A stretch of DNA of 64,000 bases from a virus (Duplodnaviria; Caudoviricetes): the IMG/VR virus record IMGVR_UViG_3300025389_000022, positions 3,671 to 67,670 of that record; one strand, written 5' to 3'. A program made the position numbers and the translations under genes. Of this stretch, positions 1 through 10,179 are shown piece by piece; the first letter of the stretch is position 1, and each line of letters begins with the position of its first letter. The notes below the pieces were generated by a model. It was not told the origin of the DNA, ran no database searches, and saw only the letters and a program-made list of their open reading frames with translations.

Positions 1-207
1 ACCGCTGGTAGCGTTTGTTACGATAGCTTGATTGGCAGTAAGAGTACCTGGATAGCGAGCACCACCAATAGCGGCTGTGCCAGAACCATCCGGAAGACCT
101 ATCCAGAGTGTATTTGTTGATTGAGTATAGGCTAGCTCGCCGTTTGAGAGACCAGTAACGACTGAGTTGGCTACCGATCTTTTGATTTGAATCTTATTAT
201 TGGCCAT
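1..207 (-). CDS. Tail fiber-like virion protein, N-terminal part (runs off window edge)
   Basis: Manual translation MANNKIQIKRSVANSVVTGLSNGELAYTQSTNTLWIG matches the IQIKRS..L..GELAY..LxIG fibre N-terminal motif. RBS and late promoter lie upstream. Confidence 0.7.
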   Translation of the reverse strand, partial: MANNKIQIKRSVANSVVTGLSNGELAYTQSTNTLWIGLPDGSGTAAIGGARYPGTLTANQAIVTNATSG

Positions 208-231
208 TTAAACGGTTCTCCGGTTTTTGAT

Positions 232-239
232 TATTTATA
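232..239 (-). promoter_or_regulatory. T4-type late promoter TATAAATA
   Basis: Exact tatttata on the + strand, 24 nt upstream of the ATG at 207. Confidence 0.75.
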
Positions 240-242
240 TTT

Positions 243-503
243 TTAAAAAGTTCCACCATCTAAGTTGCCATCGATCTCAGTAAAATCTATATGCTTCACG
301 ACATAAGTGTTCGTAGGCTGGTCGTATATCGGTACTGAACCATCAGTTCTTTGCGCTAAATTTACGTCATTGAGCTGATCAAAACTATTAACACCAGTCG
401 CTAAAGTAGGAACGTTCTTTAGTGTTACTGGAACATCTGTATTTATGATTCCAAGATTAGACTTTTTTGATACGACTACGTTGATGGTCTTATTTGTGGA
501 CAT
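243..503 (-). CDS. Small hypothetical virion-associated protein
   Basis: 86-aa ORF coupled to its neighbours in the structural operon. Ends in DGGTF, a tail common in T4-like structural proteins. Confidence 0.55.
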   Translation of the reverse strand: MSTNKTINVVVSKKSNLGIINTDVPVTLKNVPTLATGVNSFDQLNDVNLAQRTDGSVPIYDQPTNTYVVKHIDFTEIDGNLDGGTF

Positions 504-895
504 TACGTTAACGGGGCGCTGTTAGGAAAGATGTTGGTATTAGGTGCTGCATAAGTTACCTCTGTAGCTCCAGGAGTTACAGTGATATAACCTTCTATCA
601 CTCTTGATACGACCTTTGTGCCATCTAATATCTCTGTTACGTCTACGTCATACACGTATCTTCCAGGAGTCAATGAAGCTGTCGTGTTAGCGTCTAGACT
701 GAGAGTGATTATACCAGATAAAGAATTGATCGAAGTAGTAAACGGTACAAATGTAGAAGAAGTATACCATTTCTTCATCACAGAATTTGCATAATACCCT
801 AATAGATTGATGGGATCTCCATTTGAATCAGTAAGATTCAAGTCTGTAGAAAATGTGGTACCTTGATCTATGACTAAATGCGCCTTTGTTGCCAT
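503..895 (-). CDS. Virion structural protein (conserved T4-like, Ig/BppU-like)
   Basis: LVIDQGTTF...GIITLSLDANTTASL.PGRYVYDV...RVIEG.ITVTP pattern. Confidence 0.7.
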   Translation of the reverse strand: MATKAHLVIDQGTTFSTDLNLTDSNGDPINLLGYYANSVMKKWYTSSTFVPFTTSINSLSGIITLSLDANTTASLTPGRYVYDVDVTEILDGTKVVSRVIEGYITVTPGATEVTYAAPNTNIFPNSAPLT

Positions 896-905
896 TAGAC
901 CTTCC

Positions 906-1553
906 TTAAACTATAGTTCTTACGTACTTTACTGTACAATTTGCGGTAACACTCGGTGCAAAATTGGTGAAATATAGTATAACGTGAGTGGTGTTAGAAC
1001 CGGCAGTGAACACGCCGATAGAATTATTAGTCACGAAAGAAGCGTACTCCGTGATGTACGGGTTTGTAGTATCGTGAGTCACGAGTACCTTACTGGTATA
1101 GTAGTTATTTACTACATTATCTTTAACGCTAAGTAAGTATTCAGCACCGTTAAACGCCGTCATAGGAAACGCATCGATGCCGAACAGGTTATTGCCTGAG
1201 TGCTGGACTGAGCCGTTAGATACTGAAACGAAAGTCCATGCGCCATTAGAAGCTAGATGGAAGTTATTACCATACTGAGAAGCAGTCGGACCTGTTATCG
1301 TCGTGCTGACTGTAGTGTTTGATATAGTTAGAGACGTAGAATTAGCTACGGTGTTAACTGTCGTGTTGCCAGAAATAAACTGTCCAGCTACTGTAAAATT
1401 TCCAGTGATTGCAGCATTACCGGTAGTGGAAGTCGTGCTCCCATTCGCGTCTGTCGTGACGACACACGTTGTAAAATAATTTGACATCTCGTTCGTTCTG
1501 TTGCGCCAGAAATCAAACGTCGAAGATAATGCTGTATTTTGTACTAGAATCAT
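906..1553 (-). CDS. Virion structural/fibre-associated protein
   Basis: N-terminal TFDFWRNRTNE motif typical of T4-like fibre/structural proteins. Rich in S/T/N beta structure. Confidence 0.6.
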   Translation of the reverse strand: MILVQNTALSSTFDFWRNRTNEMSNYFTTCVVTTDANGSTTSTTGNAAITGNFTVAGQFISGNTTVNTVANSTSLTISNTTVSTTITGPTASQYGNNFHLASNGAWTFVSVSNGSVQHSGNNLFGIDAFPMTAFNGAEYLLSVKDNVVNNYYTSKVLVTHDTTNPYITEYASFVTNNSIGVFTAGSNTTHVILYFTNFAPSVTANCTVKYVRTIV

Positions 1554-1762
1554 TTACTATTTTCTCTTAAAAGTGCCTGTAATAAATTTTTAATTTCTGA
1601 TAGATCTTTTTCTACGCGATTCAATCTTTCAGTGTCTTTTGATCTCTCTTCCATAAATAGTTTTTGTTTCTTATAGGCCTGAAGTTTTGCATTATCTACG
1701 TTAAGAACTGCTCCACTCTTTGTGTCTTTAACTAAACCTTCTACATCCGTTTTAACATACAT
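1550..1762 (-). CDS. Conserved small coiled-coil protein of T4-like phages
   Basis: L.KDTKSGAVLN...DLSEIKNLL pattern. RBS AGGAG upstream. Confidence 0.65.
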   Translation of the reverse strand: MYVKTDVEGLVKDTKSGAVLNVDNAKLQAYKKQKLFMEERSKDTERLNRVEKDLSEIKNLLQALLRENSK

Positions 1763-1782
1763 CAGATTCTCCTTTGTATTTA

Positions 1783-4725
1783 TTAAAGCTGTAGAGCCAT
1801 AGCTCTTAAGTCATCAAGAATTGGAACTTTAGAAGAATCATTAGATTGTAGTACAATCTTAATCTGGAACTTCTTGTACCCAGTATATTGACTTCCATCT
1901 CTATTCTGATATGTTATACCAGCTGTAGTCACCGCGTACGCGTTAGCCTGCGTTACTGCAGAAGACCATGGAGTTCCAACTGTCAGAGATACAGAGTTAG
2001 CGATAGAAACGATCTTCTGCTGGTCTCCATTGATCTGTATAATACCACCAGGACTTAGGTCGTATGTGAAGTTGGTGCTACTGAAACCATGCACTTCACC
2101 AGGATTAGTTGACAATCCAGTAAGATTGATGGTAGCGCCGCCTGAAGTCTGAGCGAGACTTACCGTCGATGTGTTAGATGAAGCGATGTAGTACCAAGTG
2201 TTTCCAGTCAGACCGCCGATCGCTGTGTTGCCTGTTGGGACGTAGTAGTATATTCTATCGCCTGGTAGGAAATACGTATTAGCGTTAGATAGCGATATAG
2301 CTTCGGAAACGTTATTAACATAAGTTGTATTAGCAACGAAAGTTGTCGAATAACCAGTGATCGTATTATTAGTAGTAGACGTTGTGACACGACCGGTTAT
2401 CTGCGTGCTAGAGTTTGATGCTAGATAACCAGTTGTTGGTGGTGGAACGATAAAGTAGGCGTTTGAAGTATAGTTACCAATAAATGGACTGTCAAGGGTG
2501 ATCTGTGTGCTGTTGGCTACAGAAATGATCTTCCTTGATACTTCTTTGTAGTTAGCGTTAGCGCTAACCATGTTTATGTACCAGCCGTTGTATACCTGAG
2601 TTCCAAAAAGAGTTCCGGAACCAGTTACGGTCGGCGAAGAATTGGTGCAGGTGATAGTTCCATTTGCTCCAATCAAGGGATATGAATACGGTGAAGAGAA
2701 CACAAACTCTCTAAAATCACCTGGATTACTTGGATCACAGAACAGCTGATTAGACAAGTTTCTCATTGGAGTCCAAGTCTTATCTGTAATAGACTCTGAA
2801 TCGCTACCGTTCCAGAACTTAACCCAGACCTGAATGTCTGAAGAAGGCGGTCTATGCGCAGAAACAACAACTTGTAGGTCTTCTGAGTCTTGACCGTCGG
2901 CGAGAGTAATAACTTGAGAAATATATTTTGTTCTAGAAGCGCCGTTGTTGTAGAATTCTTCGTATACTGAGGTGATAGGATCGATGAGGTTGCGAATAGC
3001 ATAAACGTCTGATCTTACTGTATCGATAACAGGAGAAATTAATGGTGAATCTGATTTCAAATAAGCGTTAACGGTTACAGATTTATTTCCACCCATATTA
3101 GATACTTCGTTGGATTTGCCGACGGCGAGTCTTTCGTAGTCAAACAGTTCAGTCTCATAGCCGAGTTGTAGATCGATCTCAGAAGCGTCTGTGGTATAAC
3201 TGTTGCTTGTACCAACGTATGTATAATTGATGCTAGTACCTGGAGGAGTGATTTGAGCAAATTCTGGTAGAGTAGCATTAATTCTTGGATTATACATGAT
3301 ATACGTATTAGAATATGCGACTAAAGAATTTATGTTAGCGGTGAACGCGGTCGGATTTGAATTAGTAAATCTGTGAATTTGAATATAGCTGTTTCCAGTA
3401 AAGTTGCCTGTCGAGTTTGCGACGTAGAGAAGCTGTCTTACTGGATCGAAATACTGAACCACGCCATGAACACTAGTATTTACTGTTGAGCTAGTAGAAT
3501 CAACATAAGAATTTGTCGCTTGATATACGACGTCTCCAGTAAGAATAGATCTATTATTACTATAACCTATATTATACATAGTCAAATAGTCGTCGTCGGT
3601 GTTCATGAAATAAGCGACGCCGTTTGACTGAGAGAAGTTCGCTATATTAAGATTGAATTTAATATACTCTGTCTGAAGGGCGGTCCACTCGTGCACTGTG
3701 GAACCATAGAAGGCTGTACCGATGACCGGCTGTGACGTCACCTGAACGCCTGTCTTAACGTCAAGGTCGCCGAGGTTTGCCGACCAACAGAAGAAGTCTG
3801 GATCGTTTTGGTCTGGTTTTATCACGAAAGCGTATTCTTTTTGGTTCGCTAAGAATACAGGTGATTCAAACGTGAATTTTGTTGGAACTGAGGCGTCTTG
3901 GCTGATACTAATTTCTGAGTTAGCTTTATGTACCCAGGAGAATGGTAGAATAGTAGAGCCGTCAGGATAGCCATTAACAGTCTCACATAGATAGATGCCA
4001 ACGCCATTATTGACTTGTGAACCCTGTTTGAAATAAAGATCTAAAGACGTAGCAAACACACCGGCTTCGCCGCTAGGCGTGTTGATTGTCAGACCCTGCG
4101 CAATAGGTTCCCAGTGCCACTCATAGATGTTATAAACGTCAGGAGTGACCGTTACGTTAGTGAATGTATTAACAGTGACGATGGTGTTAGTTACAGGAAT
4201 ATAGCTTAAAATTGGATTTACAGTAGTAAGGGTAATGATCTGCTTTGAGACTGAAAGGTTAGAAGCAGTAAATGCCGCAGACGCCATAGTAGTCATAGCG
4301 TCATTACCTCTTGAAAGACTGTCAACATCAGTTAATTCAAGAATTCTATCACCGGTTTTGAAAGTGTTTGCAGGCACACAGAACTGACCAGCGACGTGTC
4401 CAGAAACATCGCTATAAACTGCCGTTCCCCAGTCTCCTGCTCTTGCAATGGACTGATACGTTGATGTGTCTTCACTTACTTTAATACCAGGCGCACAATA
4501 CTGATCGACGAGAACGCTGTCAAAGAATATATGCATTCTCTGATTTGGTCTCATGTTCTGTGCGTAGAAGGAGATTACCTGTGTTGCGATATACGGCTGT
4601 ATAGAAACGTCGGTAACAAAGTTACCGACTATCTGGGTATTACTCTGTGTATCAACCTGTAGTTGAAATCCTTGATTGACATTAGTAGTCGTAATTACCG
4701 TAGTTGTCGTATTTGTTAATGCCAA
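1783..4725 (-). CDS. Large baseplate-associated structural protein, C-terminal half of a DUF4815/VrlC-like protein
   Basis: VTDVSIQPYI..FYAQNMRPNQRMHIFFD, FTFESPVFL...EYAFVI and YKKFQIKIVLQSNDSSKVPILDDLRAMALQ motifs. TTG start preceded by AGGAG. Confidence 0.8.
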   Translation of the reverse strand: MALTNTTTTVITTTNVNQGFQLQVDTQSNTQIVGNFVTDVSIQPYIATQVISFYAQNMRPNQRMHIFFDSVLVDQYCAPGIKVSEDTSTYQSIARAGDWGTAVYSDVSGHVAGQFCVPANTFKTGDRILELTDVDSLSRGNDAMTTMASAAFTASNLSVSKQIITLTTVNPILSYIPVTNTIVTVNTFTNVTVTPDVYNIYEWHWEPIAQGLTINTPSGEAGVFATSLDLYFKQGSQVNNGVGIYLCETVNGYPDGSTILPFSWVHKANSEISISQDASVPTKFTFESPVFLANQKEYAFVIKPDQNDPDFFCWSANLGDLDVKTGVQVTSQPVIGTAFYGSTVHEWTALQTEYIKFNLNIANFSQSNGVAYFMNTDDDYLTMYNIGYSNNRSILTGDVVYQATNSYVDSTSSTVNTSVHGVVQYFDPVRQLLYVANSTGNFTGNSYIQIHRFTNSNPTAFTANINSLVAYSNTYIMYNPRINATLPEFAQITPPGTSINYTYVGTSNSYTTDASEIDLQLGYETELFDYERLAVGKSNEVSNMGGNKSVTVNAYLKSDSPLISPVIDTVRSDVYAIRNLIDPITSVYEEFYNNGASRTKYISQVITLADGQDSEDLQVVVSAHRPPSSDIQVWVKFWNGSDSESITDKTWTPMRNLSNQLFCDPSNPGDFREFVFSSPYSYPLIGANGTITCTNSSPTVTGSGTLFGTQVYNGWYINMVSANANYKEVSRKIISVANSTQITLDSPFIGNYTSNAYFIVPPPTTGYLASNSSTQITGRVTTSTTNNTITGYSTTFVANTTYVNNVSEAISLSNANTYFLPGDRIYYYVPTGNTAIGGLTGNTWYYIASSNTSTVSLAQTSGGATINLTGLSTNPGEVHGFSSTNFTYDLSPGGIIQINGDQQKIVSIANSVSLTVGTPWSSAVTQANAYAVTTAGITYQNRDGSQYTGYKKFQIKIVLQSNDSSKVPILDDLRAMALQL

Positions 4726-4764
4726 CGTATTCTCCTAATTTTAAATCATATACTATTTATTTAA

Positions 4765-7700
4765 TTACCACCAGCCGTTTGCTACGCCAATTACCCACGC
4801 AAGAGCGAAACCGTTATCGCCGCCGCCCTGTGGCGCTGGTGCTGCTCCAGCTGGTGGCAGTGATAGAACTGGGAATCCACCAGCTGGCGCTCCTGAATAT
4901 TGGTTTATGATATTTCCAATTACGAAATCACTACCAGGATTAATTCCATTATACATTAGAACGTTGTATAGCTGTTCTCTTGTTAAATCAGGAGCTGGAA
5001 GGTCATGACTTGATTGCCAACCATAATTAATGTTGTAGTTGTAAGTATTTACTCTACCAGTAAGTACTGTTGTAACCTTAGTATCAATAGACGTTCTCCA
5101 ATCGCCCCAATGGTAGGCAAATGGACTCTGTGCAAAGCTTTCCCAAGGCTGTGCGGTATCAACGGTCATGTTCACTGTACCAGCCTGATTGATATCAGTA
5201 TGGTTATTATAAGACGGGAACAGGGTGACGGTACCGTTCCAAGCATAAGCTACGTGAGTCGCAGAACGATATTTAGTAGCGTATGGTTGTCTGATGAACG
5301 GAGTCGTCGCTTCAGTATAAGGAAGAGTTACGCATCTTCCTGTTTTTTGCACGTTCAGTCCACCAGTAAATTGGATGTTAACGAACTCTCTAATAATCTT
5401 TGGTCTTGCTACACCTTTCTGAGAATCAATAGCGATGTTGAACTCAGGATTTGCTACATCAGATAGGGCAAAATTACTAAATGGATCAGTAAATATACCA
5501 TTCTTAAATCTATCAAGGCCATTGGCATCTGTAACAGTCATGTCTTTAGCTTGTTTCTCAAGTAGAGAAAGCTGTGTGTAGTATTCAAGATTTGAAATTC
5601 TCTTATCAAGTTTACCAATATCCTGCATAGTATATCTTCTGTTTGCCAGAGGAGTAACTGAACAAGAAAGAGAAGTATCTCTACATAGGCTATAACAAGT
5701 CTGATTTAGAGAAACTAGACCATTTACCTGATCTGAAGACAGCGATGGATACTGAGGAACATATATTTCAGCAATAACCATGCCGTTGTCTGGATAGAGC
5801 GGTTGACTTGGTGTAAGACTAGGAACACCTTCTTTAGTTTTAATTACATTAGAAGGAGTGATGTAGACTATGTCTCTTCTTGGTATATAGAAAGTTATAT
5901 CTGCTTGCAAGTTCTTTCCATAAGAAGGAACATTGAGAGAACTAGTACCAAAAGAAACGACATTAGATGGATTAGTATTGCCTGCTGCTAATGCGATAGC
6001 TGCAGTTACTTGTGATGTGTTTGAAATATCAATATTGCCAGTATCTAAAGCCGTTGGTACTGCTACTGGTCTAAAATCAACAAAGTCTCTTAATGGAGTC
6101 TTAGCTCCCTTCTCATCGACATATAGAGGAATGTCTTTAGTCTGAATTGCATTTGTGTTTGCTGTATTTGCGTCGTCAATGGGATAAGATTCAACAGTAA
6201 AGAAACCAATACCAGGTGTAGTATTTGGAGTAAAGTAGTCAAGCTGAACGAGTAAGTTTTGCTGACCGGTTAGACTGATTGTACCTGGTTTTAGACGCAG
6301 ATACGCTAGATCATAATGTGTATCTTTTTGACCAGTATCAAAAGTAAATATGCTTGTAATATCTGATGCGACTTGAGTATTTGAAGAGTATATACCATTA
6401 TTTGTTGAATATACTGCAGTTACTTTCTGAACATCACTAAATCCTAAGCACCATGGCCCTGAAGGATTAGCTGCAGCGTTGATTGTTACGAATCTATTCT
6501 TCTTAATTACTTTATTTGCAGGAGAAGTAGCTGTTCTAAGAACGTCATAAGTAACATTTACAGGTATAGAAGATGAAGGAGGGGTGTTTAGATATACTGT
6601 GAATGACGTTGTATTGGCTACGTTAGCGTATGAACCAGCATTCTGTAGAGAAATTGGTATCTGTTTTCCTGCAGGAAACGCTTTATAATATGCAGCAGCA
6701 GAATTTGCAATAGTAAATGGCGCATCGACTGTCATGTATATGTTGTTAGCGATAGAAGTAATCACTCTAGTGGTAACGCCATCGTAAATAACGTCGCTAA
6801 CTGCAAAATTACTTAGGAAAGTCGTAGAAGTTCCAACGACCGCGTTAGAAGTAGGAGATACAGACACGGTTCCTGAAAGCGCTGCTGAATATCCAGTAGA
6901 TGTTGGTGTGATGTTTATGTTATACGCCTGCAGGTCGTTCAACTGGCCGAGACCATATGGTAGTATATCAATGCCACCAGGAGAAGACGTCGTGATTGTT
7001 ACAGTGGCTGAGCCAGAATTAAGAAGACTCGTTGACGACTTCTTTCTATATGTATATTCTGTATTGTTATTATTAGAAGAATCTCTCAGAGACTTAACAC
7101 CAGCAACACCAAATGAGAATAATTGTTCTTTCTGAGAAGCGTTAATCAACCCAGGAGTTGCAAGATCGGCGATCGCCTTAGTCGATCCACTGTTGTAATA
7201 GACTGATTTAATTTGATTAGTATTATAACCACTATTCAATTTAATATTAAACACGTGTAAGTTGTATAGTGCGTTATTTGATCCAGGAGTACCAGAACCA
7301 TTGTATGTGAAGCAGCGAACCATGGCTGTGCCGACAATATTACCAGAAGGAGTTAGACCTAAGAAATTTCTGGTAGTCACAGATATCTGAGCGGTATCGT
7401 AGAGCGTAACTGTCTGACCATGATCAAAATCAAAAGAACCAGAAACTTCATTTAACTGGAAATAGTTGCCATAATTGAATGTGATCTGTTGTTCTTTATT
7501 TGTCTGAGTGTCTGTACCACGGCGCATATTGACGTATATAGATTTATCAATAGTTACTCTTGAACCTTGAGAATAACCTGTACCTGGATTAATTTTAGCA
7601 AATACATAATCAGAGTTGGCAGGTGAGACGTTCGTATCACCGCTGTTGGTTATAGTGTCGATGGTGAATGGGTTTACTACGTAGTTGCCCGCTTCTTCAT

Positions 7701-8625
7701 ATATTCTTGTAGAAATTGCATCGTTGATTGCAGAATATATCTGTGAATCTGAAGACTTAGAAACGATTGAACCAAAATTATAAACGGCAATAGGATTGAA
7801 ACCTACGGTGTTCGCAGCGGTAACTGGATCAAGAGACACTAGAGTTGGTGTAATTTTTAATCTATGAGCCCCTGGTGCGTTTTCATTTGGATATCCAAGA
7901 GCGTTATCATAGAGCGTTGAGTCTTGATTCTCTGTTATGATTGTTTCAACTGCTTGGAAACCAACGACATTATTACCAGCAAATGTTCCAAAATTATTAA
8001 CAAGTCCAAAAGTTGGAGTTTCAACTTTAATGAAAGCACCATCAAGAAATACAATACCTTCAGAAACAGTAATACCATGAGCATTACCGGTTGCATTAGT
8101 TCCAGCAACATTCGCTAGAGTATAAACATTAGCGTTATTAGTTACTAGCGTTAAGCCACTTGAGTTACTATTGTAGAACTGAATAAGTTCGCTATTAGAG
8201 AATATCTTTTGACCGCTAGTGCCGGTATTGATATAGTTCAGATATATGATGTTACAGTTTGGATAATTGGCTTGGAAACCAACGTTAGCGAATAGGACTC
8301 TTGCTCGAAGATTTGAACTAGCACTTACTGCTATGCAGTTGACGAAGGTTCTAGAATCATATCCATTAGCAGACGCATCAGAGTCAGCAAGAAATACGTA
8401 AGGAACTACTGAAAGATCATTTACCGTGCAACCCTGCACGATGTCACCGTTCTTAAACGCCCACTGTCCAAATCTCTCAACTTGAGTCTGAAAGATATTC
8501 TGTAATTGAGTTAACTCACGCGCCTGGACAGCAGTCGATGGACGAAAAAGAATCTGATGATAATTCTTAGTCTCATCGTAGTCATTATAATATGGAGGGA
8601 TATTTAAATTTGTCGTGAAAGCCAT
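4765..8625 (-). CDS. DUF4815/VrlC-like large structural protein, N-terminal half
   Basis: NLNIPPYYNDYDETKNYHQILFRPSTAVQARELTQLQ N-terminus and RYTMQDIGKLDKRISNLEYYTQLSLLE...GLDRFKNGIFTDPF motif. Confidence 0.85.
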   Translation of the reverse strand: MAFTTNLNIPPYYNDYDETKNYHQILFRPSTAVQARELTQLQNIFQTQVERFGQWAFKNGDIVQGCTVNDLSVVPYVFLADSDASANGYDSRTFVNCIAVSASSNLRARVLFANVGFQANYPNCNIIYLNYINTGTSGQKIFSNSELIQFYNSNSSGLTLVTNNANVYTLANVAGTNATGNAHGITVSEGIVFLDGAFIKVETPTFGLVNNFGTFAGNNVVGFQAVETIITENQDSTLYDNALGYPNENAPGAHRLKITPTLVSLDPVTAANTVGFNPIAVYNFGSIVSKSSDSQIYSAINDAISTRIYEEAGNYVVNPFTIDTITNSGDTNVSPANSDYVFAKINPGTGYSQGSRVTIDKSIYVNMRRGTDTQTNKEQQITFNYGNYFQLNEVSGSFDFDHGQTVTLYDTAQISVTTRNFLGLTPSGNIVGTAMVRCFTYNGSGTPGSNNALYNLHVFNIKLNSGYNTNQIKSVYYNSGSTKAIADLATPGLINASQKEQLFSFGVAGVKSLRDSSNNNNTEYTYRKKSSTSLLNSGSATVTITTSSPGGIDILPYGLGQLNDLQAYNINITPTSTGYSAALSGTVSVSPTSNAVVGTSTTFLSNFAVSDVIYDGVTTRVITSIANNIYMTVDAPFTIANSAAAYYKAFPAGKQIPISLQNAGSYANVANTTSFTVYLNTPPSSSIPVNVTYDVLRTATSPANKVIKKNRFVTINAAANPSGPWCLGFSDVQKVTAVYSTNNGIYSSNTQVASDITSIFTFDTGQKDTHYDLAYLRLKPGTISLTGQQNLLVQLDYFTPNTTPGIGFFTVESYPIDDANTANTNAIQTKDIPLYVDEKGAKTPLRDFVDFRPVAVPTALDTGNIDISNTSQVTAAIALAAGNTNPSNVVSFGTSSLNVPSYGKNLQADITFYIPRRDIVYITPSNVIKTKEGVPSLTPSQPLYPDNGMVIAEIYVPQYPSLSSDQVNGLVSLNQTCYSLCRDTSLSCSVTPLANRRYTMQDIGKLDKRISNLEYYTQLSLLEKQAKDMTVTDANGLDRFKNGIFTDPFSNFALSDVANPEFNIAIDSQKGVARPKIIREFVNIQFTGGLNVQKTGRCVTLPYTEATTPFIRQPYATKYRSATHVAYAWNGTVTLFPSYNNHTDINQAGTVNMTVDTAQPWESFAQSPFAYHWGDWRTSIDTKVTTVLTGRVNTYNYNINYGWQSSHDLPAPDLTREQLYNVLMYNGINPGSDFVIGNIINQYSGAPAGGFPVLSLPPAGAAPAPQGGGDNGFALAWVIGVANGWW

Positions 8626-8636
8626 GTAAGTTCCTA

Positions 8637-10172
8637 CTAAACTTGAATAATTAACTTATAAGATTCTAGCTGAGTGTTTGAGCGTTGAACGTCAATCAAA
8701 TTCTGAACGTATAGTGGCTCAAGATCTTTAGCGTATATGTTACCAAGTGTATTTATAGTGATCTGAGTTGTTGTTCCAGATTTAGATGCTATATATTCGC
8801 CATTAGAGAAATTCTTATCTCCTGTTAAATATATAGTAGTCGTGTTAGCAAAAGCAACTGTGCCTGTAGCGTTTGTAGTCTTTCCAACAATAATATCACC
8901 AACGTTATAAGTTACAGCTGGAGATATATTTGCTTGTAATACTTGACTGAAAGTCGTATTAGTCCAAGATAGAGCGCTCTTTGAACCATTAGCTTGATTA
9001 AGAACTCTTGGATTTTTAATGATACCAACTTTATTATAATGGACATTTGTTGGAATAGTATTATTTTCATTATTAGAAAAATTAAATGAAAAACATAAAC
9101 CCTGCACGTTTAACTGTGATACAGGATCATAACCATATCCACCAGAAGGTGGCGTAATTGCATAAAGATTAGCGCCGGAACCATATACGCCAGGTAAAAT
9201 ATAAGTATTTGCTCTAGAAATATTAGTTCCAGTATCTGTAATTACCACCCCATAGATAGCATTAGAATATGTATTAACAACAGAATAACCAATAGGATTA
9301 GTATTACCGTCTGTATTAAATAATACTCTTGGCGATAAAATATACTTTGTAACACCGGGTGTAATAATGTTAGTATTTACAGCGCTATCCACCTGAATCC
9401 AATTTCCAGATGAATTTACGTTATAATTCGTAACCGTTTTTAACTGCGCAGTATTCTGACCAGTTGTATAAATGTATATACCACAATTTACGAAAAAGTT
9501 TGAAATAGGTGATTGAGTGCTTTCGATCTGTAAGATGTTAACAGAAGGATTAGATTGAATAATACCATTAGCGTATGTTCTATAATCCGAGCCACCATTA
9601 GCGACTACTACAACATCAACACCAGAATTAATGGCTGAACCTAAAGATAATGTACTATTTGCATATACTGGAGCAAAGGCAGCTGTAGAATATTTCTTAT
9701 AATCTGAATCACTAATAGAAGTTATGTATCTCCATATATATCCATCACTCTTTGTAATCGAAGTAGATTGAATAATATCAGGTTTAACGGTTGAAGGATT
9801 GCCATTAGCATTATCTAAACACATGTATATATCATGTGATCCACCGGTTGTTGCTGGTGGTGTGATTACGTAATACGACAATGAATAAAGATTAGCATTG
9901 GTATCATCATATCTATCGTATACTGTATTTGATGTCCATTGAATATTCTTAATAACCGGCAAGATGTTATTATTAGTTATTTGTTTACCAAATAACATCT
10001 GCCAATTACTTGTAAAAACTGTAGTAAATTCATCAGTGGTTAAAGTGGGTACACCTGCAGTCAGAGATACAGGATTTGAAGCGAAGGCATAATAATAAGA
10101 AGTATTAGTTGAGATAGTACTTACTAGATCTTCAATAATCGCCTTCTTGTATCTTGGTAAAAGTGCACCCAT
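8637..10172 (-). CDS. gp8: Baseplate wedge subunit gp8
   Basis: W..MLFGKQI....I..V...QWTSNTVYDRYDD, YMCLDNANG.PSTVKP and DGYIWRY motifs. Confidence 0.85.
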   Translation of the reverse strand: MGALLPRYKKAIIEDLVSTISTNTSYYYAFASNPVSLTAGVPTLTTDEFTTVFTSNWQMLFGKQITNNNILPVIKNIQWTSNTVYDRYDDTNANLYSLSYYVITPPATTGGSHDIYMCLDNANGNPSTVKPDIIQSTSITKSDGYIWRYITSISDSDYKKYSTAAFAPVYANSTLSLGSAINSGVDVVVVANGGSDYRTYANGIIQSNPSVNILQIESTQSPISNFFVNCGIYIYTTGQNTAQLKTVTNYNVNSSGNWIQVDSAVNTNIITPGVTKYILSPRVLFNTDGNTNPIGYSVVNTYSNAIYGVVITDTGTNISRANTYILPGVYGSGANLYAITPPSGGYGYDPVSQLNVQGLCFSFNFSNNENNTIPTNVHYNKVGIIKNPRVLNQANGSKSALSWTNTTFSQVLQANISPAVTYNVGDIIVGKTTNATGTVAFANTTTIYLTGDKNFSNGEYIASKSGTTTQITINTLGNIYAKDLEPLYVQNLIDVQRSNTQLESYKLIIQV

Positions 10173-10179
10173 TTAATTT

